From Basidiobolus ranarum (lineage: Eukaryota): DNA of 48,230 nt. Below are positions 1-13,600 of this stretch, in pieces. Position 1 is the stretch's first letter, and the number at the start of each line of letters is the position of its first letter. The notes below the pieces were generated by a model, which made no database searches, had not been told where the DNA came from, and saw nothing but the letters and a program-made list of their open reading frames with translations. The translations under genes and the position numbers were made by a program. The stretch is taken from positions 1 through 48,230 of the forward strand of contig JASJQH010006896.1 of NCBI GenBank assembly GCA_040143965.1, in the 5' to 3' direction.

Positions 1-815
1 ACATAGTACTGTAACTCTTTCTCAGACATGATATTGTCTGGCTTAGGCTGAGGTACGTTAGCATCTTTGGGAACAAAGTGGACGTGCTTGAAGAACCCAA
101 TAACATCATCTTCAGGCTTGCTACACCTGTACATGGATCTAAATACTAACCCAACATTATCGTCAAAGTATATATCGGTTTCGGGTTTTTTGAAAATCAG
201 CTGATAGGAAAAGTTTGGCTGTGTCTTAACCTTTTCTTCGTGTGAAACAAACTCGTCAGTCGGTGGAAGGTAAGGAGTACAAAAGCTGGCTATTCCCAAC
301 ACTCGTTCGGGGTGATGTAGATAAACCCTCCAAACAAGATAACCTCCCCAATCATGGCCGATGAGAGCAAACTTGCCGATGTTATTCTTGTCAAGAATTT
401 CAATTATGTCATTTGATATATTCTTCAGCCCATAACTACGAATGTCATTCGGTGGACAATGAGGAGAGTCGGTTTCACCGTAACCACGCAAGTCTGGACA
501 TATCACACGATACCCACGTTCTGCTAAGAACTTGATTTGATGTCTCCAACCATACCAGAACTTTAAACCTGTCTTTTAGTAAAAAGTAGAAATATCGAAA
601 TAAACTAAAGTAGCATCACTTACATCGGGGAACCCATGAACTAGCACAACAACAGGACCATCCTTCGGTCCTTCATCCACGTAGTCTAGAGCTAGTTGTT
701 AGGCGAAATTGCAAGATACAATACTTTAGCATCTGTACTTACGATACTTTATCCCATTAATGTCATCATATCGGTGATTGTAAGTGTTGGGAGAGAGTGG
801 ATTCAAAGTGGACAA
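1..815 (-). CDS. Soluble epoxide hydrolase-like alpha/beta hydrolase (3 exons visible; 3' end beyond window start; apparent TTG start)
   Basis: Manual splicing gives LSTLNPLSPNTYNHRYDDINGIKY|HYVDEGPKDGPVVVLVHGFPD|FWYGWRHQIKFLAERGYRVICPDLRGYGETD...IGHDWGG. It contains the HGFP oxyanion motif, the DLRGYG motif and the GHDWG nucleophile elbow. Both introns are GTAAGT..AG. Confidence 0.9.
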
Positions 816-1390
816 TTTTGTATATGATATACCTGCTAGGTATTCGCTTCCTTTAAATACTTTGTTCTACCCAATGACTGATATAAAATCACGTAACCAA
901 AATTATGAACGGACCGAATTCGGGATTTTCGTTATCGAGCATTGATATATACAGTGATTTCGGCTCATTTGACGTGATTGCCCCTATTTGGTATTTTCTC
1001 CAAGTCATGTGCAAGAAATAAGCTGCCTGTACCTTTGATTGAATTCGGTCAGGATTGAGATTGAATTTGCCCAGGATTGAGATTAAGATTGTGGTTAGAT
1101 TTGATTGTCGAATTCGGGTGTTAGTGTTTTATTTTGCCCGTAGTACTAGAGGATAACAATCAGCATTTTGCAAGGGCTAAGCTTTGAAACAATTATGAAA
1201 CTACACATGGGCACATAATAGCTGAGGACGTATGCATCCACCTATTTAACCCGCCATTAACCTACCTCATTTCTAATGCATAAGGGTTTGTTACCGGATA
1301 ATTCGACCATTTAGGGAAATGCCGTAATCGCCATATTTGTAAACAGTAACGTATAAAACGCCACTGTTAAGTTCAAAGTTTAAACATAAG

Positions 1391-2248
1391 ATGACAATCA
1401 AAATATTGCCAAGACCAAGTGAAGAACGAGGCCACGCTGACCACGGCTGGTTAAATTCTTACCATACCTTTAATTTTGCTGACTATTGGGATCACCGCTT
1501 TCAAGAATTTGGCCCTTTACGAGTTATCAATGAAGATATTGTTCAAGGAGGTTAGTTGAGATATCTATCATTTGATGAGAGCTTTGTCTAAAGAATCTAT
1601 ATATTCAGGTGCCGGCTTTCCAACACATCCGCATAGAGAATTTGAGATTTGGTCATATGTAGTCTCTGGAGAACTAAAGCATCAAGACAGTAAGTTAATA
1701 AGCCACGTTCACTTGTTCACTTTTAAGCTAATACTAATCCTACTATAACAGGTACTGGAACCAATGAAACCATTGGGCGGGGTCAAGTTCAGTTCACTAC
1801 AGCAGGAACGGGAGTGACCCATTCTGAATTCAACGCTCATCCTAAAAACCCTGTCCACTTCATTCAGATTTGGGCAAAACCAGATGAAGCCAAACTTCCG
1901 CCAAGTTATCAAACTATGGAATGGTCTGAAAGCGATAAAACTAACAAACTTTGTCTGATTGTTAAACCGTTAGAAAAGACTGCGGGCAAAGCCATCAGTT
2001 GTCATACTGATTTGTCTATGTATGCTTCTATCCTCAGCAAAGAAAATCAGGTGGTTCATACGATTGAGAGTGCAGGCCGTAGACAGTATATTCATCTCAT
2101 TAATACTGGAGGAAAGTTGGAGGTTAATGGTGTCCGACTAAACAGTGGCGATGGCGCCTTTATCACAGAAGCACAGGACGACGACCAACTAGTTATTGTC
2201 TCTGTTGGAGAGGAACCTGCGGAATTCCTACTATTTGATATGAAGTAG
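1391..2248 (+). CDS. Pirin family (YhhW-like) bicupin protein, 3 exons
   Basis: ATG at 1391: [34 protein letters not shown]...[10 protein letters not shown]; exon 2 [12 protein letters not shown]; exon 3 [11 protein letters not shown]...FIQIW. The metal ligands HxH and HxE are intact. Confidence 0.93.
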
Positions 2249-2465
2249 ACCCTTTGTAAATGATTACCGAATAAATCAATATCTTAGTCCATAAATAACA
2301 AATTAACTGACTTAATCAATGAGTTCTAGTAAATTTGATATATCTAGATGAATTCTTCGTTTCTTCAAATGCGAATTGGAATTTCATTAAAAAGTAAAAA
2401 AATTGGATGATACTTGGCTGCACTATTCTGCTGGGCCATTGTTTGTTGGCTTGAAAATAATTACA

Positions 2466-3405
2466 ATGAGTGAAGGCAGTCCCACTATCGAGAGTCCCTC
2501 ACCTGAAGTTAAAGCCGAAGATTATTTGAATAGCCTTAAAACTGATCCGGCCCCAATTCTTGACAAATGCAAAGTGCGATTATGTTGTCCTGTCTGTAAT
2601 ACTGGAAGATCGTTGAAATATTATTGTTATGAATGCTTTGAAATCCTCGGTTCTTCACGGGAGGAAATCCCCTCTTTGAAATTACCCGTTAAACTTGATA
2701 TGTACGTTGAACTACTTTTTAGTTGTGAGGAATATAATATATCCAAAAAGAATCAAGTCAAAGTTCACAATTTAACTCACAAGCTTTGTGTCTTAATTTC
2801 AGTCTCAAACATGAAAAAGAAAGTGACTCTAAATCAACTGCGATCCATGCCAAAATTCTTGCTCCAGAAGATGCTGAAATAATCCTATTTCCAAGCCAAA
2901 CACCGCAATACGAGAATCCTGAGCGAACTCTTCTTCTGTATCCTAGTGAGGTAATCTAGTAGTTCATACAAGTGTAAGTGTTACTATATGACCATCTAAC
3001 TTTGGTTTTCCAAAACAGGATGCTTTGACTCTAAATGAAATAGATCCAACTTCTTTCGATAGAATCTTGGTGGTAGATGGCACTTGGTCCCAAGCCAAGA
3101 TCATGGTTCGGGATTCACCAGCGTTACAAAAACTGCGCAAAGTCACCATTAAGCCTCGCAAGACCATGTTCTGGCGTTATCAAAAAATATCGGAGAATTA
3201 TTTATCCACTATTGAGGCAGTATATTACCTATATCGTGAATATTATGAAGCATATCAATCCGACATTGCTTATGATGGACGATATGATGACTTGCTGTTT
3301 TACTACAAGTACTTTTACAATTTGATTCAAAATCACTACAAGGACAATAGTAGAATCAAGTTTACATCGAAGCACAGAAAAGGATCAGACTACATAAAAT
3401 ACTAG
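2466..3405 (+). CDS. DTW-domain tRNA-uridine aminocarboxypropyltransferase (DTWD1-like), 3 exons
   Basis: CPVC...YYCYEC N-terminal Cys cluster, exon 2 with KHEKESDSKSTAIHAKILAP, DGTW motif (VVDGTWSQA), FWRYQ and LSTIEAVYY, YDDLLFYY. First ATG is at 2466; the ORF-track start at 2403 is TTG. Confidence 0.9.
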
Positions 3406-3802
3406 TAATAGTCCAAGTAATCAACAACTAATCTTATGTCTATTATATATGTGAACAATAAACAAATCTTAGAATTTAAACTAATACAAATCGTGTATAT
3501 GGATTGATGTTATTGACAAATTAGAAACCGCCACCATGGGATAGGTTTGTTTGATGAAAGCTTGGTTTAAATCAATCATATTTAGGGAGTACGTAGAGAT
3601 CAGTCTTTTCTCAGTATTACTGGCTTCATAAACCCTGAATAGCTAAAATAAGTAAAGTTGAAGAGTGTGTATCTTCAAGCTTGAAGTACTAGTTGACCCG
3701 TTCCTCAATCTAATTTATTGCATAGTCCCTTTTTCATACCTATACCTATTGCAAGGAAACTCTTCATTACCAATTTCTTAAAAAGCAATCCATTTCCACA
3801 AC

Positions 3803-6800
3803 ATGCAAACTGGGTTGCCGTCGAACCGTAGGCGTAGTCAGTCTGAAGTTCAAAGAATATCATACCAACCCAAGTCTACCCCTATAGTTTCGACTCCATT
3901 GTATGAACTTAACTGGTCGCAAATAGTGCACTCTGAAATCTCTGCGGTCACTACTGTGATGCGTAAAAACTCCCGTTGGAGCTCTGCTGCTGTAGCAGCC
4001 GCTGGCGAAGTGGGGAATCTTGGTAAACAAGTAGGACTTCGTGGGTTTGGCATTGATGAACAAATCCCAAAGGCGGAAGTTCGTACCATTCTTTTTTACC
4101 GGAAACCTAAAATCAATACTAAATATTAACCCTGACTCCTCAACTCTTGTTAGCATTCCTTGATTCGTGCGTTTTTTGATCTACGTGCCACACTAACTAA
4201 CCTCACAGGTAATTTGGTTGGAAAATAGCTTTTTTGATTTCATTATAGCATAAGTTCTCAATTGAAGGACTTTCATTAACTCTTTACAAACTAGATATAT
4301 GCGAAATGGATGCCTTGACTTTGCTTTCCCCTTTCTTAGCAATCGTCCGTTCCGGCGATACGACCGGACCAATAACTGGAACTGCCCTTGATAGTTTAGA
4401 AAAACTGATTTCTTATGGAATTATCGGTAATTGTATATTTGCCGGGTCAAAGTCGCAACATGTTTAACTAACATTTATGATATAGGGATGCATTCACCTA
4501 ATCTTTCACAAGCAATGGCTGAGCTATCTTCAGCCGTTACGCACTGTAAATTCGAAGCAACAGATAGTGCCTCTGACGAAGCAGTCCTATTAAAGATCTT
4601 GCAGTTATTGAAAATCACGATCACCTGTGAAGCTGGTGCCCTTCTCAACGATGAATCGATTTGCGAAATCATGGAGACTGCTCTTAGTATGTGCTGTCAA
4701 ATGAGATTGAGTGGCAAGTAGAGTAATAGCACCAGGATGTTGTCATGAACTTTATTAATTGATATTCCCAATTTTATATATCTTATAGAGCTATTGAGGC
4801 GTTCTGCCGAACAAACAATACTAGCCATGGTGCAAAGTCTATTTGGAAGGTAATATAGTATCAATTATGTTGCGAATAACCAAAGTATTAACATACCCTT
4901 TTGAAGACTGAACTCATTATCAGCGGAAGATCAGGAGGATGTTCTCGATATCATTGAAAAGTCTGGCTTGGTAGAATCCAATGAAGAGGCTCAAAATGGG
5001 CAAGAGTTGAGAGTCAATCTGGCGACCTCAGATTCGGATCCTTCTGCTTTGGGCCTATTCGGTCAATCAAAGAAAGCATCTCTGGAAGACGTAGCTGAAT
5101 TAAATGAAAGGGATTCTATTGAGCTCAGCAGCACCAACGAGACTGTTCTGGAGCCTCTCCTTCAAGCGGAGAAGGCCTTGCCAGAAGAAACCGTAGAAGT
5201 CAAGCCACTTTCAGAGGGCGAAGAGGAGAGTGATGATGTTAAAAAAGAAGCGGGTAAACAGCCATTATTACTTGATCGAAATATACGTATATTCTAATTC
5301 ATATTTCAAGAGCGAAGCTTAAAGCCATTCGGCCTGCCCTCCATTCGAGAGCTTATGAGGGTTTTGATATCCCTACTCAATTCCCAGGACCGTCAATATA
5401 CAGATACTATGCGTCAGATGGCATTAAACATTCTAAACAAAGGATTCGAAGTGGCTGGAGAGAGTATTGGTCAATTTGAATCACTTAGAAGTATGGTGTC
5501 CGAAGAACTTTGCAAGTACCTGTTTCAGGTATCGTCTACATATCCTACTAATCCAAATTCCTTCTTTCGATTCTAAACCCTTTCATAGTTGGTTCAAACA
5601 GATAACGTATCTCTTTTAGCTAGTACTCTTCGTTTGACGACGACTATATTCAACACCCTTGGCAAGCATCTCAAACTCCAGCTTGAATTCTTTTTGAAGA
5701 TAATGCTTGATAGACTTTCCCCTCCTAATGCAGGAGAGAGACCCCCATCAATTACATCTGACGATTCAATTGCTAGTAGACCAGTGTCACCATCCTACAG
5801 AGAGCGTACACCAAAGATTGCTCGCTCATATGCTATTGGCGAAATTCGTGAAATACTATTGGAATGCTTGGGACAATTTACACATAACCCCTCATTCATG
5901 ATTGATCTATGGGTTAATTTCGACTGCGATGTAGAAAGTGGCGATATCTTTGAAGATTTGATCAACTTTCTCTGCAAGAACTCTCTACCAGATGTGACCG
6001 TTAACACACTTTATTCTTCTCATCTTTGTCTCAATAATTTGTTAATGTACACCAAGCATATTCTCGATCGCAATAGAATATCCTCGCAAAATGAATCTTT
6101 TAGTGCTCTTGCTGATCCTATCTTTTGGACCAACAAGGACAAGACTTCTGATATGGCAGCTCCTCGTGCCAATACTGAACGTAGAAGAAATAGCTACGGA
6201 GGTTGGGAGAGCAAACGGATAGTGTCCAACGAAGGACAATCCCCTTCATTTATCCCATCTCATAAATTACTCGAGCTCAAACGTCGAAAGCAATTACTTT
6301 TACGTGGTGCAGCTGAATTCAATGAAAATCCTAAAACTGGAATTCAGTTTTTATACGATAATGGAATATTGCCACCTATCATTGAAAATCCAACAGACGA
6401 AGAGCATCTGACAATTATTAAGAATTTGGCCAACTTTTTGAAAACCACCCCAACCATCAACAAGAAATTGCTTGGAGAATACCTCTCTAAGCCGGTGAAT
6501 CGGGAGGTGTTGAAATCCTTTATTGAGCTTTTCGATTTCAAAAACAAACGTATTGATGAAGCCATGCGTGAGATGCTAGAAACGTTTAGGTTGCCTGGTG
6601 AAGCTCAACAAATCGAACGTATCATCGAGACTTTTGCCACAACCTACTTTGCTACAGAGCCAGCAGAAGTTGCTTCGCAGGATGGTACCTTTGTCCTATC
6701 ATTCTCAGTCATCATGTTAAATACAGATCTTCACAATCCACGGGTCAAGAATAGAATGTCTTTTGAGGACTACCAGAAAAACTTACGAAGTGTCAACAAT

Positions 6801-9689
6801 GGCCGGAATTTCTCTTCCGATTATCTCCAGGCAGTATACAAAGCTATCAGCAAAAAAGAAATCATCATGCCTGATGAGCACGAGGGACAACTCGGATTTG
6901 AATATGCATGGAAAGAACTCGTTCAGAAGTCTGAGACCAGAAACATCTATACTACTCGTAACACTCCCCTCTATGATCAAAATATGTTCTTGTCTATTTG
7001 GAAACAAATTGTTGGGGCTTATGTCGATGCCTTCGACTCTGCCCAAGACGATATTACCATTCAAAAAGCAATTACGGGTCTCCTCCACTGCGCCTTAATC
7101 GCTAGTCACTTTCAATTGGTTGATGTTCTCGACCACTTAACTATCCTGTTTAGCGGTTTGACTGGATTATTGGAAGAAAATGTCACCATCAATCCTGAAA
7201 ACAACCGCACTGTCAATACGGACGGTACCGAATTAGTAGTCAGTGATTTGGCTCTACAATTCGGAAGAAATTATAAGGGACAACTTGCCACTATCATTAC
7301 CTTTGGACTTGCGGATGAAATGGGTAATTCGATTAGGGCTGGCTGGAAGAATGTAAGATACAATAGATGTCACAATGGATCACAGTTGTTTTGAAGTTTG
7401 AACCTACTTACTAACAATGTACTTTTGATTGAAGGTGATGGAGATCGTTAGAAATCTGTTCTTAAGCTCTCTACTACCTGTGGGGATGCTTGAAACCGAG
7501 GATTTTCTTCATGGAACGATCACAATACCAGTTAAGCTCGAGAGCCCTGACCAAGCCAAGCCAGAGCAACGAGAGAGCTCTATTTTCTCCACCTTGTCTT
7601 CGTATCTTCTTCCTTCGTATTCAAGCAGTTACGAGTTCTCTTGGGATGAGCCACTTGAAATTTTGATAGAATGTACTCGAAGATCAGAAGAATGCGTTAT
7701 AGCGTGTAAGATGGAAGAACTGTTTGCCAATATTAGGTATGCCGATTTCAAGATTTGCGGCTCTAGATGTAACCTTTATTAATTCACCAATTGAATTTCT
7801 TCCAAAGATTTTTAGAAATACCTGCCTTGAAGTCAGTGCTTCACGCGCTCACTGCAATCTCATCCCTGCATGATCTAAAGGCCTCTCCTAAATCTTTTAA
7901 GCAATATGAGCCTGTAGCAGTGCTCTGTCTTGAGCTTGCTATCAATATCACAATCCAAAATAGGGATCGGATTCAAGAAATTTGGTGAGATTTCTATTTG
8001 TAATTTAGTAGCAATGCGGTATGTGCTGATGTGGATTTATTCTAGGCCGATCACTTTAGAATACCTGGGTCAGGTTTTAAATAGAGCTGGTGATTATCAC
8101 GTGATGCTCGTTGAACGATCTGTTATCGGCTTGCTTCGTCTGTGTATTAGATTGGTACACAAGGTAAGCGAACTTCATTTCTTGCAATCTCTATTTACTT
8201 TCATCAAAACTAATGTCAAATCCCATCTTAGGAGGAGATGATAGATGAGATTTTCCAGGCATTGAAGTTGCTATCCAATCTACCTAGTGACATCTTGGAC
8301 CTTATCTTGGAACAAGCTATGTGCGGACTGCTTAGTCTTATCAAAGCTGAGCCTTCGTGTGTAACGTAAGTTCTAAAGAATAGTCTCTTTGTACTTGATA
8401 GTGGCACTAACTTTTTGGTTACCAAAAACATCTTTATTTTAGCCGTAGTGACCGCTCGACGATTGTTCATTCTCTATTTTCTTTAACGATGAATCATTCA
8501 CGGGCTGCCAACTATTCATTTGAAGCCTTGACCATCCTTACGACTGAAGAAAATTTCTCGGGCGCTTCTGACGAAAATTTCAAAGAAACTGTCAGTTTAC
8601 TTTTGAAATTTGCAGAGGCGGGGTCTAATGCGTTGAATGGCAAGAAAGAAGCTCCATATCACAGTCCAAAGCTATCTTCCCGAAATAGAATGTATGTATC
8701 TTTATGTATAGTTTGGCTGATTGTTCGTATTTTTTAATGGTATCTTCTACTTTTAGTCAATCCGATTTCATTGAAAGAGCTCTAAAGGCTATAGAAATGC
8801 TTTATAAACTCTATAGCCGTATTCCTATGTTACTTAAAGAGAAAAATGTTTCCATAGAACAAGGTCGATTTATGTTGTTATTCGTACCATCCCTCTTTAC
8901 TGTTGTCTAAATTTCTCCTCCCTCGTAGGTTGGTCATCATATCGCCTCCCTATTCTCGATGGTCTAAGCCGCCAATGTTGTCATCCTTGTAGAGAAATCA
9001 GACTACAATCATTGGCTTATCTACAGAGGGCCCTCGTCCTGCCAGAGTTATCATCTGGAAACATAGCCGAATGTATAAAATGCTTCGACGAGGTTATTTT
9101 CCCGCTGTTGTTTAAACTTCTTGAACCAGAAGTTCATGCTCTTGATCCCAATAATATGGATGAAACTAGACTAAGGGCCGCTGGACTTCTTTCTACCCAA
9201 TTCCTACATCAATCTAGTCAGCTTAGTGAGTGGTATGGACTGATTTCACTGTGGTCCAAGATATTAGATCTAATGATATTGTATCTTCATGCTGGCGAAA
9301 CTAATTATCTGGTACAGTTCACTTTTTTTGAAGTCACTCGTAACTCCATATTCATTGAATTTCTATAGCTTGAGACTATTCCGGAATCTCTCAAGAATAT
9401 GCTCCTGGTTATGTCAGCTGCAGGCCTCCTACAACCTGAGCTTTCTGAACGTAATTCCGAGCCACGAAGTGAACAGCAAATCAACATGTGGAATGTAACA
9501 TGGGAGAAGTTAGACCAACATATTCCTAGCTTGAGAGAGGAGTTATTCCCCACGCCTAGAAAAGAGCCGACACTGGTCTCCGAAGTACAAGAAAGTGAAC
9601 TAGCAAGCAAAGCAACTGAATCACCAATCATGGAATCGACACAGCCAATTCCTGAAGCAGATTTGTCCACAGAGGTGATCAAATCGTAA
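3803..9689 (+). CDS. Large Sec7-domain ARF guanine-nucleotide exchange factor, GBF1/Gea1/2 type, multi-exon
   Basis: EISAVTTVMRKNSRW, DCB region (HCKFEATDSASDEAVLLKIL), HUS box (LWVNFDCD), Sec7 motifs FRLPGEAQQIERI and IMLNTDLHNP, and C-terminal HDS segments joined by many short introns. Confidence 0.95.
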
Positions 9690-10080
9690 TCATCAGCAGC
9701 ATAAATACCCTCAAACAATCAGATGGTCTAAATTATGCTGTACTAATAAAGCGTCTATATTTGTAACGACAATAAACATTAATCAATTTGTTTGAAGAAA
9801 TCTACCTATCCCCCCCCCTCATTGAATTTCAGGCTTTGCAGGTTTGAACCTCACAGCAATAAATAAGGTCTGACTTGGAAACCTCAACCATCATACTATG
9901 CCGATTGCTGTGCATGATATATGCGGTTGAAACTTGAAACGTATGTGGATCGAAGTGCAGTTAGGAGTACTTCAGATGTTTGAGTGATATAGTGTGTTGA
10001 CTAGATGTTACAGAAATCAAAACTAATAAAGCGTGGGTTTGGATAACTGACGCTGTTTGTTGCTTGTTCTCGATCTAATA

Positions 10081-10492
10081 ATGTTCAACCAATTTCCTCT
10101 CTTTGTCGTGTTGGCACTATTATTTCAAGGCTCTTTGTCTCAAGAAGTGCGAAATATATACGAACCGCACGCAGGTTAGAGAAAGCAAAGTACTCAGTTT
10201 TTTATTTTTGATCTATACTCACCAGTACGTTCTAGTCGTTATTGACCCTAATGGACCTGTTCTTCACAGATATCCAGCAATTCTAGGAGTATGTCAAAAG
10301 GTCAGCCTTACCGTAGCATATGCGCTCCGAATCTCTCCTCAGATAGGCTTTACCCTATATCCTGACGAAGATTGCTCTTCTACTGTCGGAACCATTCGTG
10401 TAGATAATTTCCGTACTAGTGAGTATGTTTACCCAGAACTCCCAGCACGATCCATCCTCTTTTTCGGCGAAGATGGTTACGATGCATATTAG
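10081..10492 (+). CDS. Small secreted protein of unknown function (~116 aa, 2 exons, 2 Cys)
   Basis: ATG at 10081 gives signal-like MFNQFPLFVVLALLFQGSLS-QEVRNIYEPHA. An intron (GTTAGA...TACTCAC...TTCTAG) joins it in frame to VVIDPNGPVLHRYPAILGVCQKV...TLYPDEDCSS...GEDGYDAY*. Confidence 0.75.
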
Positions 10493-10964
10493 TCATGCAC
10501 AGTGGAAGTAGAATCAGCAAGACCAATTTAGATATTAATAAACTCTAACCATGAAAATGAAGTAAACTATGACATCTTCGTATCTTACAATACCAAATCA
10601 TCATATTTCCTTCGATGAAATATACCTGATGAACCAGATAACACATTTCTTTATCTGGATTATTGAATAATATAATCAATATAGTTTTTTAACTTATAGA
10701 GTTGAATTAATTATTCCAAGTTACTAATATGGAACTCCTTGAGGTAATTCTTGTTCCTCCACCAAAATCGCTGAATTACGTTGATTTCGAGTCGCTAATG
10801 TCTTGGCTCACCATATCCAATCATACAATCTATCATTTTGACCAATTAGATGTTGCAACTAGCATTATACTCAATACTCAACCCCCAAGTGGATATGTTA
10901 TTAATCAAGCTACGTTCTTCTGCTTTCTTTGCTTCTTTTAATTTTTCTGAGTAGAATATACAAC

Positions 10965-12467
10965 ATGGGTGACAAAACAAATAATGGTGAAAACTCTGCT
11001 GACACAGCCGCCGACATTGCTCCTCAATACAAGTCCTCATTTACATCATTTCTGAAAGATGTTGCCTCCTTTACTGGCGACTTGTCTGCTTTGACTTGCC
11101 CTGCTTTTTTACTTAATGGCATTTCTCTTTTAGAATATAGGTTTGTTTGTATTTCTGTTAAAAGATACCGTAATGTTCTTGAAGCTAACCATATCATATT
11201 TTTTTAGTGCTTATTGGGCTGACCATCCAGAACTATTTGCTGCTATATCAGTGCCTGAATCCCCAGCCGGTATGTATCTTATATGGTAGCTTTAATAGTG
11301 CTTCTTTGACTCACTTCATATCTCTTTTCTAGAACGTATGGTTGCTGTCGCTCGTTGGTTTACCTCTACTTTATACGGAAGTTATTTTGCAAGATGTGTT
11401 GGATCTTCTGAGAAGAAGCCCTACAATCCTATTCTGGGAGAACAATTTCTCTGTAAATGTAGCGATGTTGATGGTTGCGGTGAAACTCTGTTGGCCTCTG
11501 AACAAGGTATTGTCAATGAATATTTATTTATTATATAGAGCAATTCTAATGTTCATTTTAGTAAGTCATCACCCACCAATTTCCGCTTTTTACATTGAAA
11601 ATACCAAAGCTGGAGTATACGTTAACGGCCATTGTAAGGATTTCCTCAAGTTATATATTTGGTTATCAATGCCAGCTAAACGTTATTCATAACCTGTAGG
11701 CGGTCAGAAATCAAAGTTCAAGGGTACCTCTATTCAAGTAAGTATTTTAGTTCTGTATCTTTGCACTGGTATATTCGTGGTATCTAATGAATTCTTCTTA
11801 GGTCATTCAAACCGGAAGAGTTACACTCCGACTTACCCAGAATGATGAGGTGTATGTTGTTACTTACCCTGATCTGTACATTAGATCACTCTTCACTGGA
11901 AGCCCATTCTTGGAACTCATAGGTACCACCACTATTGAATGTTCCAATGGTTACATAACGGAATTTGAGTTCCTTGGTAAACCCTGGTTTGGTGGTAAAT
12001 ACCACAAATTCAGTGGTAATGTTTATCACAAAGATGATCCCAAAACCAGCCTCTATACTATAGCTGGAAGATGGATGGCCGACTCTACCATTACAAACTG
12101 TGCTACCGATACAACTGAGACCTTCTTCGATGCCACTACTCAGCCTCCTGCTGAACGCATTGTAGCCCCTCTCGAAGAACAAAAAGATAACGAATCTAGA
12201 AAGGTTTGGGCTAAAGTGACTGAGGCACTCCAAAGTCAAGATTATCCAGCAGCTAACAGCTACAAGAGTGAAATTGAAAACGCTCAAAGAACTCTTCGTA
12301 AAGAGCGTGCTGATAAAGGAGAAGAATGGAAGCAATCTCTATTCCATTTCCTGAGCGATCCCGCAGAGGAGAATTTGAACACTTTCCAATACAAAAATAA
12401 GTCTAGTTCGAGTGATATTGGTGCTTGGGTATACAATGATTCCCTTCATCTTAAGAATCGAAGCTAG
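10965..12467 (+). CDS. Oxysterol-binding protein family lipid transfer protein (Kes1/Osh4-like, ORD only), multi-exon
   Basis: FTGDLSALTCPAFLL lid region, EKKPYNPILGEQF, EQ|VSHHPPISA signature split by an intron, and ESRKVW...KSEIENAQR C-terminus. Confidence 0.93.
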
Positions 12468-13546
12468 ATAAGATAGCTAACATACCTTCCCTTGTTTAAT
12501 TAATTACCTAAAATTCCAAGATACTGTTTATATGATCGTGGATTTTATATTTACTTTATCACTCATTATCATGGGTCTCCATTAAAAACTACCACTGTTA
12601 GTTAATTGATACACTATTTACTTATTTCAATTTATATTCCATTACAAATAAATTAGACATGCACGTTATAGTTGAGTCATTTTAATTGCTGCAAGATAGT
12701 AAATTGTGCATCACTTTGAACGTGAACATACCTATAGAGATTCCAGAAATCTCTGGAGAGAAGTCTATGATACCGTGTTCTATGAAAATCATCAGCTGGT
12801 TAAAGTACTCTGTCAAATCACGAGAGTATAAACTAAGCAGTGATTTGCAAATTGTTTAAATGCGACAACATCTGGATGAATTTCTAAAATACTGCATTCA
12901 AAATGAAGATTGAAATCTCTATTGATGTTTGGGTAAAAGAAATAAATTTCCAGATTCTAAAGATCCTCAACAATACGAACTTTTATTACTAAGCACCAAT
13001 GCTATTTTGCTGGGTATTTTGGTTTAGCTCTCAAGGCCAGTCTCGCCATAGATGCCATTACACTGAGTGGCGTTTCTTCTATAAAAGTCAACCATTTCTT
13101 GCCTACTTTGGTAAGAATAAATTCATCTTTAAAGTATATACTAGCGTTAAGATACTACAGGTGAATGGCTGGTATGTAAGCATCACTATTTTTCAACTCG
13201 ATATAAGGTTCGATTCATCGGTAATATGATGTGTAATATGTGTAATTCTTATTTTAGTACCTGCTAACCCCTCTTCGGCGGATGAATAACATGATTCTGG
13301 AGATTTTTATGTTATTTTTACCATTTCAGAAATACCTTGAGGTTTCTCTATCTGATTTGGTAATACAAATAAATACGGTACTGGGAACGTTGCCTCTGCA
13401 GAATTTGCAAAGTTTGGTACGCCATGTAATTTCCAATTAAGTCAGGTCAAGTTGTGGATGGTAATTCTGATGTCATACATTTTATCGCCAAGGATTGACC
13501 TGTGATGGAATGCGGAGGTTAGACGGACCACATTTACCTACTCGCA

Positions 13547-13600
13547 ATTCAGGCTTAGCGATAATTGTCCCATATTCAGGCTTAGCGATAATTGTTCCAT
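13547..13600. repeat. 27-bp tandem duplication (2 copies, 1 mismatch)
   Basis: ATTCAGGCTTAGCGATAATTGTCCCAT followed directly by ATTCAGGCTTAGCGATAATTGTTCCAT. Confidence 0.9.

Noticed and set aside
11886-12335. 149-aa antisense ORF, and similar antisense ORFs over GBF1, WOPR, GMD and IMPDH
   Set aside because: These are shadows of codon bias in well-supported genes on the opposite strand.
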